In this document: positions 14,056 to 25,590 of the stretch, one piece after another
Layout of the letters: each line of letters starts with the position of its first letter
Position numbering within the stretch: position 1 is the first letter of the stretch
Source of the DNA: Patellaria atrata CBS 101060
Lineage: Eukaryota
Direction of reading: 5' to 3'
Assembly (NCBI GenBank): GCA_010093705.1
Contig: MU006098.1
Coordinates: 758,666-822,665, forward strand
DNA: 64,000 nt
Notes under the pieces: generated by a model
What the model was told of the DNA's origin: nothing
Seen by the model: only the letters and a program-made list of their open reading frames with translations
Databases searched by the model: none
Program-made: the position numbers and the translations under genes

Positions 14056-14811
14056 GTCCTTCAAGGGTGGAGTGAGGTGTGGTGCGTATAACAATATAGT
14101 CCCAGACATATGGTGTCGTTCAAAGCTAGGTTGTTCGCGAATAGGAGTGAGAGTAAAGCGGAGCTAACCGAATGTGGAAGTAAATGCAGAAGCGCTCTAT
14201 ATGCGCTGTGTAACTTCAACAATATTGTAAAAAGATGCGTCTGGACTGAACTTTTGGAATTTGCCAGAGTGGCAGTGTGACCATCGTACGTCGTGGTCAT
14301 CAGGATCATGCACATAGATTGGGGGACCTTGGAGAGTCGGGTAGCATTCACGAGGGGAGAATTTCTCCTACGGGACAGAATGTTGCGTCATAAGGGAATC
14401 AGTTCATACTACTACGATAGAAAAATGTCGTCGCTGTTGAAACTGAGGCTCATGGAGAAGTTGCTGGTAGTCAACAGCTTAATCTCAAGAAGCGTTTACT
14501 CTAGATAGTTGACGAACTGATAAACACTTTTTGCTTACTGTACTCTCGTGACACAGATTGAAGTTTACCATCAGTTTGAAGCACCGATTGTCTTTCCACT
14601 TTCTGTTCTGTTCAGTTTGCTGTTCAGTTCAGCTGTGCTTCCATCTATCCGCTTCCTCGACCACTCCGCCCTCAAATTGCCCTACTGTTACCCCATAGAC
14701 CTCTTAATTGAATCGTGCAAAGGTGCTGCGTGATATCACAGTCCGAACTATCTCAGGTCATACCAGTCTATATTCAGTAATACAATATCAATTCAACATT
14801 GTGCATCTCCA

Positions 14812-15858
14812 ATGAAGGCCATTGTATCAACCGAGCCAAACACCGCCTCCCTCATCAACAACCGTCCACTCCCTCGCCTCAGAGACGACTACATCCTCGT
14901 GAAAGTCAAAGCCGTCGCGCTAAACCCTACAGACTGGAAACACATCGATCTAACCACAACATCAGGAATCCTCTACGGCTGCGACTACGCCGGCGTGGTA
15001 GAAGATATCGGAACAGGAATGACAAAGGACTTCCGCAAAGGCGACCGAGTATTCGGCTTCGTGCACGGCGGAAACAGCGCCGAGCCAGAAGATGGCGCCT
15101 TTGCGGAATACATCGTGGCGAAAGGAGATCTGCAGATGCGTATTCCAGACGGCATGAGTTTCGAAGAAGCGGCGGCATTTAGAGTCAGAGTCACGAGTGT
15201 AAGCCAGGGATTATATCAAACGTTGGGGTTACCTCTCCCGGATGATGGAAGGAGGACTACGGAGTCAGAGATACCGATTCTGGTTTATGGGGGGTCCACC
15301 GCTTCGGGGATTCTAGGGATCCAGTTCGCACGATTATCTGGATATGCACCGATTGTCACTTGTTCTCCGCATAATTTCGAGTTGGTTAAAGAGTATGGCG
15401 CTGTGGCAACCTTTGACTATGGAGACGATGACGCCGCTGAAGAAATACGGGAGTATACTAATGGGAAACTAAAGCTTATTTGGGATACCGTCTCTATATC
15501 TTGGAGCGCTGAGTTTTGCGCCAGTGTTATGTCCCCGGAAGGGGGGAAGTACGCCTCTCTCTTGCCCATGCGAATAAGCGCGGAGAATGTGGAGAGTACA
15601 ACGACGATGGCGTATACAGTATTTGGCGAGGACTGGAAGATGGGTTCGATGTTCTTCCCAGCGAAGAAGGAGAATTTCGAGTTTGGGAAAACGTGGTTTG
15701 CTTTGGTAGAGGATTTGATTAGCAAAGGAAGGATCGGACCGCATCGAATTGGCGTAGGGGAAAAAGGACTGGAGGGGGTGTTAGATGGGCTGCAACTGCT
15801 TAGAGATTCGAAGGTCAGCGGAAAGAAATTGGTTTATAGGATTGAGGACACTCCGTAA
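14812..15858 (+). CDS. Trans-acting enoyl reductase (LovC-like MDR family)
   Basis: Intronless 348 aa with [44 protein letters not shown] and VSGKKLVY, typical of PKS-partner trans-ERs. Confidence 0.93.
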   Translation: MKAIVSTEPNTASLINNRPLPRLRDDYILVKVKAVALNPTDWKHIDLTTTSGILYGCDYAGVVEDIGTGMTKDFRKGDRVFGFVHGGNSAEPEDGAFAEYIVAKGDLQMRIPDGMSFEEAAAFRVRVTSVSQGLYQTLGLPLPDDGRRTTESEIPILVYGGSTASGILGIQFARLSGYAPIVTCSPHNFELVKEYGAVATFDYGDDDAAEEIREYTNGKLKLIWDTVSISWSAEFCASVMSPEGGKYASLLPMRISAENVESTTTMAYTVFGEDWKMGSMFFPAKKENFEFGKTWFALVEDLISKGRIGPHRIGVGEKGLEGVLDGLQLLRDSKVSGKKLVYRIEDTP

Positions 15859-16022
15859 TTGAAGGTATTGACATTGATTGATTCCAGTTAGCCAAAGTCT
15901 AATCTACAAATGCAATGTATCTATCATTGGTGGGTCTAATGTAGGTACTCAATCATTACCATCATGACCATATTTGCAACAAGTGTAGTCATTGTCCCCA
16001 TAACCGAGCTGGTCATCGTGAT

Positions 16023-17429
16023 CTAAAATGACGCCTCAATTGTTTCCGAGATACCGTCTGGATCAACCTCGTGGGGACCCTTGCAATGTGGGAGGTGTCG
16101 TGCGCCGTTCCGGAAACAGCCTAGACACAGGTTCGGAACTCATTCATATGCTGTATGCCAAAGGAGACTGAATTCCTTCTCCAGGTCGATAGCACAGACT
16201 GAGCACGTCCAAGTAAAGTGCGGAGGAGCTACGATTCGCCTATACTTCTCAGATGGCAAATCAGCCTTCGGCGCGTCCATAACGTATGTTGCGCAATCAG
16301 CCCAGTGAACCTGTATCGGCCATAGCTCCTTCTCTTCTAGGGCATTGATGATCTTAGCTAGAGTTGGATCAACGAGGCTGTTCGTGATCGTAGTTATGTC
16401 GTCCGTGAGCGTAGTTACGCTTTCCGGGACCGTAGCTATGCCGGACCGCTGTAACCGCAAGTGTCGCTCCAAATCACAGAGGATCTCAGCGAGCCGCTTT
16501 CCTTGGTGTATGTAAAACCAATCCTTCTGTTGAAAAAGTTCTGTAAGCTGGGAGCAGTCAGCACTTTCATCTAGCAGTAGAGCGACAATACAATGGATAC
16601 CCTAAGAGACGACGTCAAGGATCCCCTCCCTTCCCTTCTTAAGCTCATCTATAAAGAAATGAGTACCAATTTCTCAAGTACTAGATTGGGAGAATATAAT
16701 CTCACCGAGTAGGGTTTGAGGGAGTCGATCGACGAGTCGATTGACGAGATGACCGAGCGGTTGATCGGTGAGGGTATCAGGTGTCCTTTTATCAACCTTC
16801 TTAAAAACATATGGATAACGAAACATTGTTGTAATTGCCACTTTCTCGAAGATTTCAGTATCGCCCACGAGAAAAAATATTGCTAGGGTAGTTCTATCTT
16901 TATTCCCTGGAGATTCGATGAATCATTTGAGCCAAGTCGTGAAAAGAAAAAAAAGTGGCTTCAAAACAACAATATTTATCGCATATAAGAGCTAGCTTAA
17001 CTAAGTCCGATCGTTTAACATCGCCTATTGCCGGGAGACGATGGTTTTGGTGATATAACGCCCGGCATAACATATCCATTGCACCAGGGTTATCCTCTAG
17101 TAGAGGAATGTAATTAAAGCGCAACGACCTACGGTAGCAACAGTCAGGCAAAGAAGTGAATTGTACTGTTCGAATGGTACATACTTTCCAGATTGCGTAC
17201 GCTGGTCCCAGCGCTCGGATAGAAATTTCTTGAACACGGGTGATCCTAAGCACAGCACCGAGGAGGCCTGGAGATGAACTTGGAGATTCTTCCCGAGCTG
17301 AAGGATAGTATCACCTTCTGGATCGATGATTTCCAATTTAACGGTCGCATCATCAGATGTATCGAAGTTAGACGTATCGGAACCAAACAAAAGGTCCTCA
17401 CTCGGGTCCGGTTCCGTGATATCGTCCAT
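16023..17429 (-). pseudogene. Disrupted fungal BTB/POZ-domain protein gene
   Basis: IIDPEGDTIL...SSVLCLGSPVFKKFL, LLEDNPGAM..LC..LYH and LALICDKYCC. Frameshift at the A8 run 16947-16954; in-frame TGA at 16923-16925 and 16140-16142. The C-terminal LCLGC..C...H motif continues past the last stop to TAG at 16023. Confidence 0.7.
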
Positions 17430-19029
17430 CTTCTAATATACTGACAGTATCTCAATGAAGAGAAATGCGTCAGCGACGAGAGAAAGTTACAATGAGTTGA
17501 GTGTACCATGCAAGAAGATAGAAGTTGTGTAGCGAGGTGTAAAGAAGTAGTGGGCAGAAGATATGTTTGCGAAGATATCTGCGATGCGGAAAGAAAGATG
17601 TGGCGAAAACTGCGTTTGCGCAGTTGGTTGTGAAAGTTGTAGGCAGAATAAGCCCCTAAGATCGAAATCATAACAGATCGAAGAGTAGACATCAAACCTT
17701 CACATACACATTATTTCTTCAGCCATTTACATTTGCAATTCCATATACTGGGGAGCCCATTCACTTAAAACAGCCTACTTTTGACAAGAACAAGAAATGT
17801 CAAATCGGAAATAGTAGATCTAGCCTCAACTTAGAGACATCGACGGACGTAAGTGAGCAGCAATGGGCCTAGGACTCTCTTAGGACTGACTTTGCATCTA
17901 TAAAAACTGATGCAAGATCTACTAACAGTTGACACGAACCATATGGAATAGGGAAGAGAATTGACTTTTCATAAGGCCTTAGGTTTGGAAGGCTTGCTAT
18001 ACTTTGTCGCACCCGCGGCCGCAAGCAGTGGAACAAGTACTCTCTCGACACCAATTTCGCTCTTATAGCAACCATTGCAAGACTTTAACGGCTTTACAAG
18101 ATTCATTCGGAAGGTAGAAGGGTAACCCATAACCAAGCTCGAGAACATTTTACTCTTTACCGTATTCCATCGGACCCGCCATCCCGACCGAGCAGCAAGG
18201 GCCCGAAGGCTTTCTTCATGGGAACTGACTCAATGACATCTCAGGCACGAATCTGTTGAAAGTTTGCATGAATGGGAGGAAATAGAGAAGGGTATTATCA
18301 TGATATAGGACCCTTCAAGCTCGATATGGTGTACAGACTTCGTCAAAACGGGCACCGCAACCCGCATCCCCAAGTGAGCAGTAACTAGCCAAATTCCCCC
18401 TGGAAACGGTTTATGTTTACGGGATCCAAATAAGAAATTCAAAAGTAACATATGGAAGAGAGTTCGGAGTTATTTGGCCGTAGGGCGAACAAACTGAATG
18501 GATGCCGGACTCGTAGTTCCCAACGTAGCAGGAATGGGACAAGTACGCCCTTTTTATGAGGAATTCGCACCTATGGGTTCCAATATACGTCGACTAAAGA
18601 ACCATAAAAGAATCGTGTGGGATACCAGCGAGCGTTACCATTGAGACAGGAAGTTAGAATTAGAAGCATGAAGTGTCGTTGAACTCGGTCGGAGTCGGAC
18701 TCGGCCGCACAGGTCTCCATCGAGTCCAGTCCTGCTCTATGCTCGAAACTAACTAGCCTTGGATTTAATTATAGCATTTCGCTATGCTTTAACCTGCTTT
18801 TTAACCAAAACAATGCCGTGTGCCATCAATACAGCCAAATGGTGATGATGCTGTAATCAAGCAGCAGCCGAGCGAGGGGTTGAGAGACAAGTCGAAGCTG
18901 ACATGCTGGGCATTTTCAGGAGCTCCTGAGCTCCCCCCAGCCTTCGCGACCCGTCTCCCTCCCTTCCAACTTCTTCAGCTTTTCCTACAAACCAATTCTC
19001 ACCGCACACCTTCCAAACCGCTCATAAGC

Positions 19030-19833
19030 ATGTCTACACGCAAGAGAAAGCAGGACGCTGAGGAGGAGCTCGTGGCTCTTCCTTCTGATGAAAGCGACGA
19101 GGAGGAAGAGTAGGTTCATTTCAGCTTTTGACGTCACTTATCATATCCCGTTCGTCTTACAACGTCGCGAAAACACTTCAATTGCTGTCGCACAGGTGCA
19201 TACAGACTCCACCTGTGTGAATTGCTCTCTTATAGTTCAGAGGCCTTTGTAGTGAGCTTCAAGCTTGCTTTAGCTTTCTGTCTGTTGATCAGATCCAGCG
19301 GAAGACGGTACCGAATAGCTTGCCCATTTAAGGTCTACTCCAGTCGTCTTCGGTTTTCTTCTTTTCTCTTCGCGAGATTTTGAAACTGAAATCGGGAGAA
19401 GTGGTTCAATCCCAACTCGTAACTGATCACCTCTCTTAGGTACGATGAGTCGGAAGGCTCTGAAGCCTCGTACGACGATGAAGAGGACGAGTCTGAAGAA
19501 GAGGCGGAAGCTCCCCCTCGTATGTCCTTATCCACTCCACTCTACTCACGATTATTACATCCTTGCGCTTGTACGCCTTCTTACACTCACCTTTGTACAG
19601 CTCCCCAGGCCAAGAAGCGCAAAACCGAGCCTCAGCCAGAAGAGGAAGACGAAGATGAAGAAGAGCCTGAAGTTCTCTCCGACGAGGAGGCAGAAGGTGA
19701 GGATGACGATGTAGAGGAAGATGCTCCTGCCGATACTGTAAAGAAGAGTGCTCCCGCTGCTACTGCTGCAAAGAGCGCAACTTCCAAGACTGCTCTTAAG
19801 GAAGCAGAGGTCAGCGAGGACGATGACGATTAG
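19030..19833 (+). CDS. Small highly acidic protein with basic NLS-like motifs, function unknown
   Basis: Three exons (19030-19109, 19440-19519, 19601-19833) splice in frame: MSTRKRKQ...E/D-rich...AKKRKTE...EDDDD. Canonical GT-AG introns. Confidence 0.8.
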
Positions 19834-20642
19834 ATGTTGTCTCGGACTTAGGCATCAAATCTAGGTTTTGGCGGCTACAAAATTTTGGAAATCGATGTAA
19901 CACTATATGGGTAGAATGGTCGCGTTAGAAGAATATCCATACTTGGCGACCATTGACTACTTGATCTAAAAGCCCCTTGATTGAACAATGGAAGTCTTAT
20001 CTTAGAGTCCAAATCCTTCATCTTTCCTTCCTACGGTCGACTACCCTATGTTCATGTAGGCTTGCTATACGCCTCCTCGGTGGACATTCCCGTCGGATCT
20101 GAATCTCGATAGCTGTTTTGAAAAGTATACAGTTTGGGTTCTTTCTGTAAAATTTTACTCGCACTGGGAAGTCGAAGCGCACTTTTCGACCAATCCTACA
20201 GTAACCAAGCAGTACGACGGTAAGGGAAGAGATAATTGATCCTATGTGTGATACGTTTTACAATCTGCATCTCTCAATTTATATTTCATCATTTTCATTT
20301 CCATTCACGATATCCATTTTTCACAATATACATTCTTATGGTATATTTGTAGTGCTAGTTAACATCTACACCAGCCACTCATGAACTTGTATCCCTGGAT
20401 GCGGTTCCCCTACCTTGGAATATTTCAATTAGAACGCATGAACGACTCTCATTCAACTTCCCACCTGGTTCCTCTCCTAATACCACCCAGTTCTCGTCCT
20501 TCATCCACTCCCAGGTCAATTTTCTCCCATACATAATTTCATTCATCTTCATGCTACTTTATCCAGCTTCATAGATTACAAACCCCTCGTACAACTATTT
20601 CCCGCTAGCATACTTATCACGCTTCCCAGAAACCTGAACCCT

Positions 20643-21949
20643 ATGATGGCTCAGGCAACCGAAAAAGACTACGAAAAAAATAAACAGGTTATTCACGTCC
20701 CCAGCCCGGACGTGACTTTTATCCTGCGTCAATCTCACAATACGCGTGTTTGCCTTCCAGTATCAAGCGAAATTCTATCTCAAGCGTCAAAAAAGTTCGA
20801 GGAATTATTCAAAGAAGAGATTATATCACAAAAAACACTGTACTGTATTCAGATCGCACCTGTTCCGTTCCTGTGCAATAAAAGTGCTGATGGTGACGGT
20901 ACAGTTATTCCCGGGGAAAACTCGAGATACACCTCGAGAGTATCGACTGTGAAGGGATGCACTATCTCTGCCACTTCATATACAAACGTAATGATTTGTA
21001 CCCTAAGAATTTGACACCAGGTTCCTTCTCGAGATTCGCGCTGGTTGTAGACACATTCGAGTGCCAACCTGCCATTGCCGAAGAACTGTACGGTTGGAGT
21101 TTGACTGCATTCAATCTCGAAACCCCTAGTCTTGCGATCGGTGACTTGTTAGGTGGCGCATATATCCTTCGCATCCCATCATTATTTGAAGCAATAACGG
21201 CGAGACTTCTAATCACGCACTGGGGGCCTTTTAGTATACTCTCTGAGAATCGGCTTGGCCAGCGTCTCCCAGGGGAACTCTTTGCCGCCTTGGAACACGC
21301 AAGATGCCAGGTCTACAACGAACTCGTGCAACAAATTGAGTTACCCGCTTACAATGTTCTCAAGAAGAAAGTTGTTTCCCTGTTTTGGCAATTCGACAGA
21401 GACCCAACAGTCGACATGGGAGACGTTTTTACACAGCTAGACGCGCTCAAGATTTCTGGGTACTTCAGACATCTTATTGAAAAAGGGATATGGCCCGTTA
21501 ATTCCAAGCTTCCACCCATCGACATTCTAAACCGCTTGAGAGAAGCGAAGACTGAAGGCATGAATCTCCCCCTTGGCGACAGTGAACCGGAATATTTTGA
21601 GGATTTTGCCACGCTCTGTAAGTGGGAAGAGGGAAGCCCTGACGGAGTATCCCCAGTGGGTGTGCAGCACCAGATCATCCAGGCCGTTTTCAGAAAAGTG
21701 AAAGGCATGTGTGTTGTGTGCACAGCTGCCAAAGCCGAGAAGACCTATAAAGAATGTGATCCAATGATGCACGGGTTCGGCGAGTTATATAGCTGCAGGA
21801 TGGCGGCAATCACGTCGCCAACTTTCTTCAACTGGCACCAACTTGGGATTCTAACAGCTTTTACAAATGCAACCGTAAAATTTGGAAGGGCGGAGTTGAT
21901 AAAGAATGCTCCCAATCCTGTGAATACTGACTATTCCAATCTCGTTTGA
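20643..21949 (+). CDS. BTB/POZ-like domain protein (fungal family with C-terminal CxxC)
   Basis: PDVTFIL...LPVSSEILSQASKKFEELF; intron 20840-20904 joins the two ORFs in frame; ALVVDTFEC; C-terminal GMCVVC. Confidence 0.75.
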
Positions 21950-23299
21950 AAGCCGGAAGATTTCCTTATCGAAAAGGTAGGGTGGGTGTTATAATGGGTG
22001 GAAACCATAGGATGTCACTCTGGACAATCATCAAGAATAACATATTCGTACAGTACATAACAACTCAGCAGTAAAACTACATATACTACACGAATCCCTC
22101 ATCCACTGCTAACATGACCTCTTTTTCACTACTAACAACTGCTGCCTCTAGACCCAGTCTATGAAAATTTCTAAAGCACACAGTACCGCGCCATCCGTAA
22201 TATCTCAACACCCGGATTATTGTTTTAATGGCATCCCCAAAACAAAGCAGCTGAGCAGCAGTTTATGGTTATAATAATATAATCTTTCTACTAGCGACAT
22301 CACTCCCGCAGGTCATCCAAAATTCCTCAAAACTGTCATCAGTATATCGATTACACAGACCCACACCCTAAAAAGAGAATTCCTAAACACCACAAACCAC
22401 TCATACGCACTACTTTACATCCTAAATAATGATCCTAACTCCACAAACCAACAGTATCAACAGCCCCAAACCCTCAGAAGACCCCAATTCCCATCCACCA
22501 AATTCTCATATCACTTCCACACCAGCCTCTCCCTCCCTACATCCTAAAACCCCATATCCCCCTCCCTATCCCCCATCTCACCTCATCCAAATGCCCTGAA
22601 CCTAATAGCGGAAACGCCACGAATCACTACCATCTCATTAACCTCCATCCCCCAAAACCAAACGACCGACCGACCTACCCCCCTTGAAGGACTGATCATT
22701 GGAGATGTGTTAAGTGGAAGGGGTTTAGTCTGGCTATAGCGAGGTATGGTTGATGAGTGATGAGTTTCCTCCTGGACGAGGAGGGCTGGGTAGAACGATG
22801 GCAAGACCGATGAAGAAGGACCGCTCACCTCCACTCCGACTTTCTCGATTAGCAGGCAGCGGTCACATATGGTCGTAAAAACAATCACTCACTCGCCAGC
22901 TTTATAGTATCGAAAGTAAGGCATCGTCAGATTTATTATCCGTCCTAGATAGCATATTCCCAAACATTTACTAGAAATCAACTCCGTCGCGGTCGCAGCG
23001 GGGCTAATTGGAGGGAGCGTTAACGATTGATCTCCGAGAAGATATCAAATAGAGATTACGAGCGGTTTTGAAAGTAGTGGTAAGGAAGTCAATACTCAAA
23101 ATTTCTTAGCCATCGATTTCGTATTAGTTACATTCAAACTCGATTACGATGACATTCTCTTGCTATCGCAGCCACGCAGTAGCTTCATGCCCATAGGTCA
23201 CTTGGTTGGTTTCCTATCATCGTGTAAGATAATAAACCATAGTAAAGAAACAGCCACAAAGCAATCAACCAACCTTCCATCCAAACGTGCCATTGCAGC

Positions 23300-25097
23300 T
23301 CAACCCTTCTCACCCCTTGACCTGACTCTCTCCAAGAACCCACCAGCCTCCCCAAGACCATCAATACTCGCCCTCCTACCCCAATTTCTCGGCTGTCTTT
23401 TCAAAAAAGCTCCCACCGCACCCAAATATCCTTCATGACGAAGAAAATACGCCTGTTTCTCGCCCTTGGACCAGAACTTTATGGCATAAGAAAGGGTATT
23501 CATCGTCTGGCGATGACCACCGATGAAGGAGCCGCCAAAGTATATATGCTCGAGGTTGTGGAGTTTAGCTTGAAGGTAGGCGATTTGACCGATGTTGTTG
23601 CTGTTGGTAAAAGTGAGTGAGTATATTGCGGTCTTCATGCAGGAGAGATATTGTAGTGGGAAAAGAGAGGCGTAGGTACCTAATAGCATACAACAAGCTC
23701 TTACTAATATCCTCCGGCCTAAACTTATCCTCCTCATCCGCATTACGATTATCTCGATCCACACCCCCCTCTGGCGCCCCATCGTCATGACTCCAATCTC
23801 CATTCGCAAGTCCCCCATGATCTTCCGCATACTGCTCCGCCTGATACTTCTTCCTGTAAACCTTACCGAACGTACTGGCAATGGTAGTCTTCGTGAGTCC
23901 AATTTTGCCATAATCCGTGCCGTAGATATCGCCAACGAGCATGTCGACATTGGTGTTGTCTCCCTTTTCTGCCAGCGCGAGCATCTCGTCAAAGTTGCGG
24001 GCGCCGGTGAGGATGCCGAGGAGACCCCAGAGTGTGCCGCCCCCGAGCGCAGTACCGCCGACACGCTCGTAATTGCGAGGAGAGGAAACTTTGATCATGG
24101 AGACGCCCGAGCCGATGTTCACGAGGAGATAGGGGTAGATGTCGGGACGTGGGGGTAGGAAGGTGGGAGGAAAGGTTTCGGAATAGGTAAAGACCTCGGA
24201 AGGGATTTCGGTGATGAAGAAGTCGAGACCTAGATAGTTGAATCATAGTTAGCTCTGTAAATAGTATGGATATATTGAACGTAGTATTGAGGGGTGGGAG
24301 AACGGGATCCGGTTTGTTGGCATACCCATAATAAGACACTCCATCTCATCTTCCCTCAATACTTTAACACCTAAAGCTTCCTTGATCTGCTCATAAAACT
24401 TGAAAGCACCTCCACCTGTAGCCATAACGCAAAGTTCCGCAGCACCAGACCCATTCGAGGCATTGTATTTCCGTTGCAGTTGCTTCATAAACTCGAAGCA
24501 TGCGTTAATCTTAATGGTCTCAAACTTGAGAAAGTTGAGTCGACCACCAGGAGCACTGACTTGAGGGCCGAAGATAGCCTTGTGGGAAGTAGCAGAGGGA
24601 TTGGTAGCGGAAGGAGCCAAAGATGTCGATGGTTCGCGGGAGAAGTAGACAAGTTTTGCTAAAGATCCACCTATCTAAATACTCACAAAATATCGTCAGC
24701 GAATGTTCCTATAGATTATGGTAGTATATATCAAATGCGCTCCCTCTATTTACTAAGGGTATGGTTAACCTACATCAACAGCAATATGGCTAACAACCGC
24801 AGTCTGATTCGGAAGTCTAATATTACTATCAAATTTCACATCTCCGTCTTCTCCATTCTTCCAGTCTTCCCCTCCTCTTGGGCTGACTCCATCCTCATTA
24901 TCTACGATAAATGCACCCTCGACGTTGATATATACAGAGCCCGGTTGCCGAATAGCACTTTCAATATCTGCGTTTGAGGAAGCATGCGGACGCTTTAATA
25001 GAGGACGCAATGCTAAACTCGAGGAATTGGTACGAATTCGCGAAGACTCGGGTTCCGAAGCATTATGAGAGTTGGAAGGGGGTCTGTCGTCTGTCAT
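23300..25097 (-). CDS. CAB1: Type II pantothenate kinase (fumble family)
   Basis: [62 protein letters not shown] and [15 protein letters not shown] across spliced exons. Confidence 0.95.
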
Positions 25098-25590
25098 GGT
25101 CCTTGGGGTGCAGAAGGAGTGCAGTAAGGGACGGAGTGGGGTGGGGCCAAGGGGCGGAACCGGAGAGCGGAGGGAGAGAGAGATCACGATGGAGGTGGTC
25201 TCTCCATCTCCAGCGAAGCAGAAGAACAGGTTATGGTTTTAAGTTCATGGCATTGATTTACGATCAAAATGTTTGGCAAAGGTGTACCACCGGTCCACTA
25301 GGTAGACTATATACTACAACTCCACCAAATATTACGTCGGTGGAACAGGTAGATCAGTTTCAAAGTTCTCCAGTCAAGCTCCGTCGATCCGGATGCGTAA
25401 CAATTGAACAGAACATGAATGGAAACAATACTTAGATGAAGATAATAGGGCAGTGTATATTGCTGTAAAGGCATAGGGGTATATACCCACCGGTAGTACG
25501 CCGAAGTTCAAACGAAAGAACCACCCCCTGCGCCATAAAATAACTAAACACAACCCGGACAACAGCTCATTGGAGCAATCGTTGATACGT

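Noticed and set aside
19030..19833. Histone chaperone Chz1 assignment
   Set aside because: Acidic composition fits, but I cannot see the CHZ motif, so it is left unnamed.
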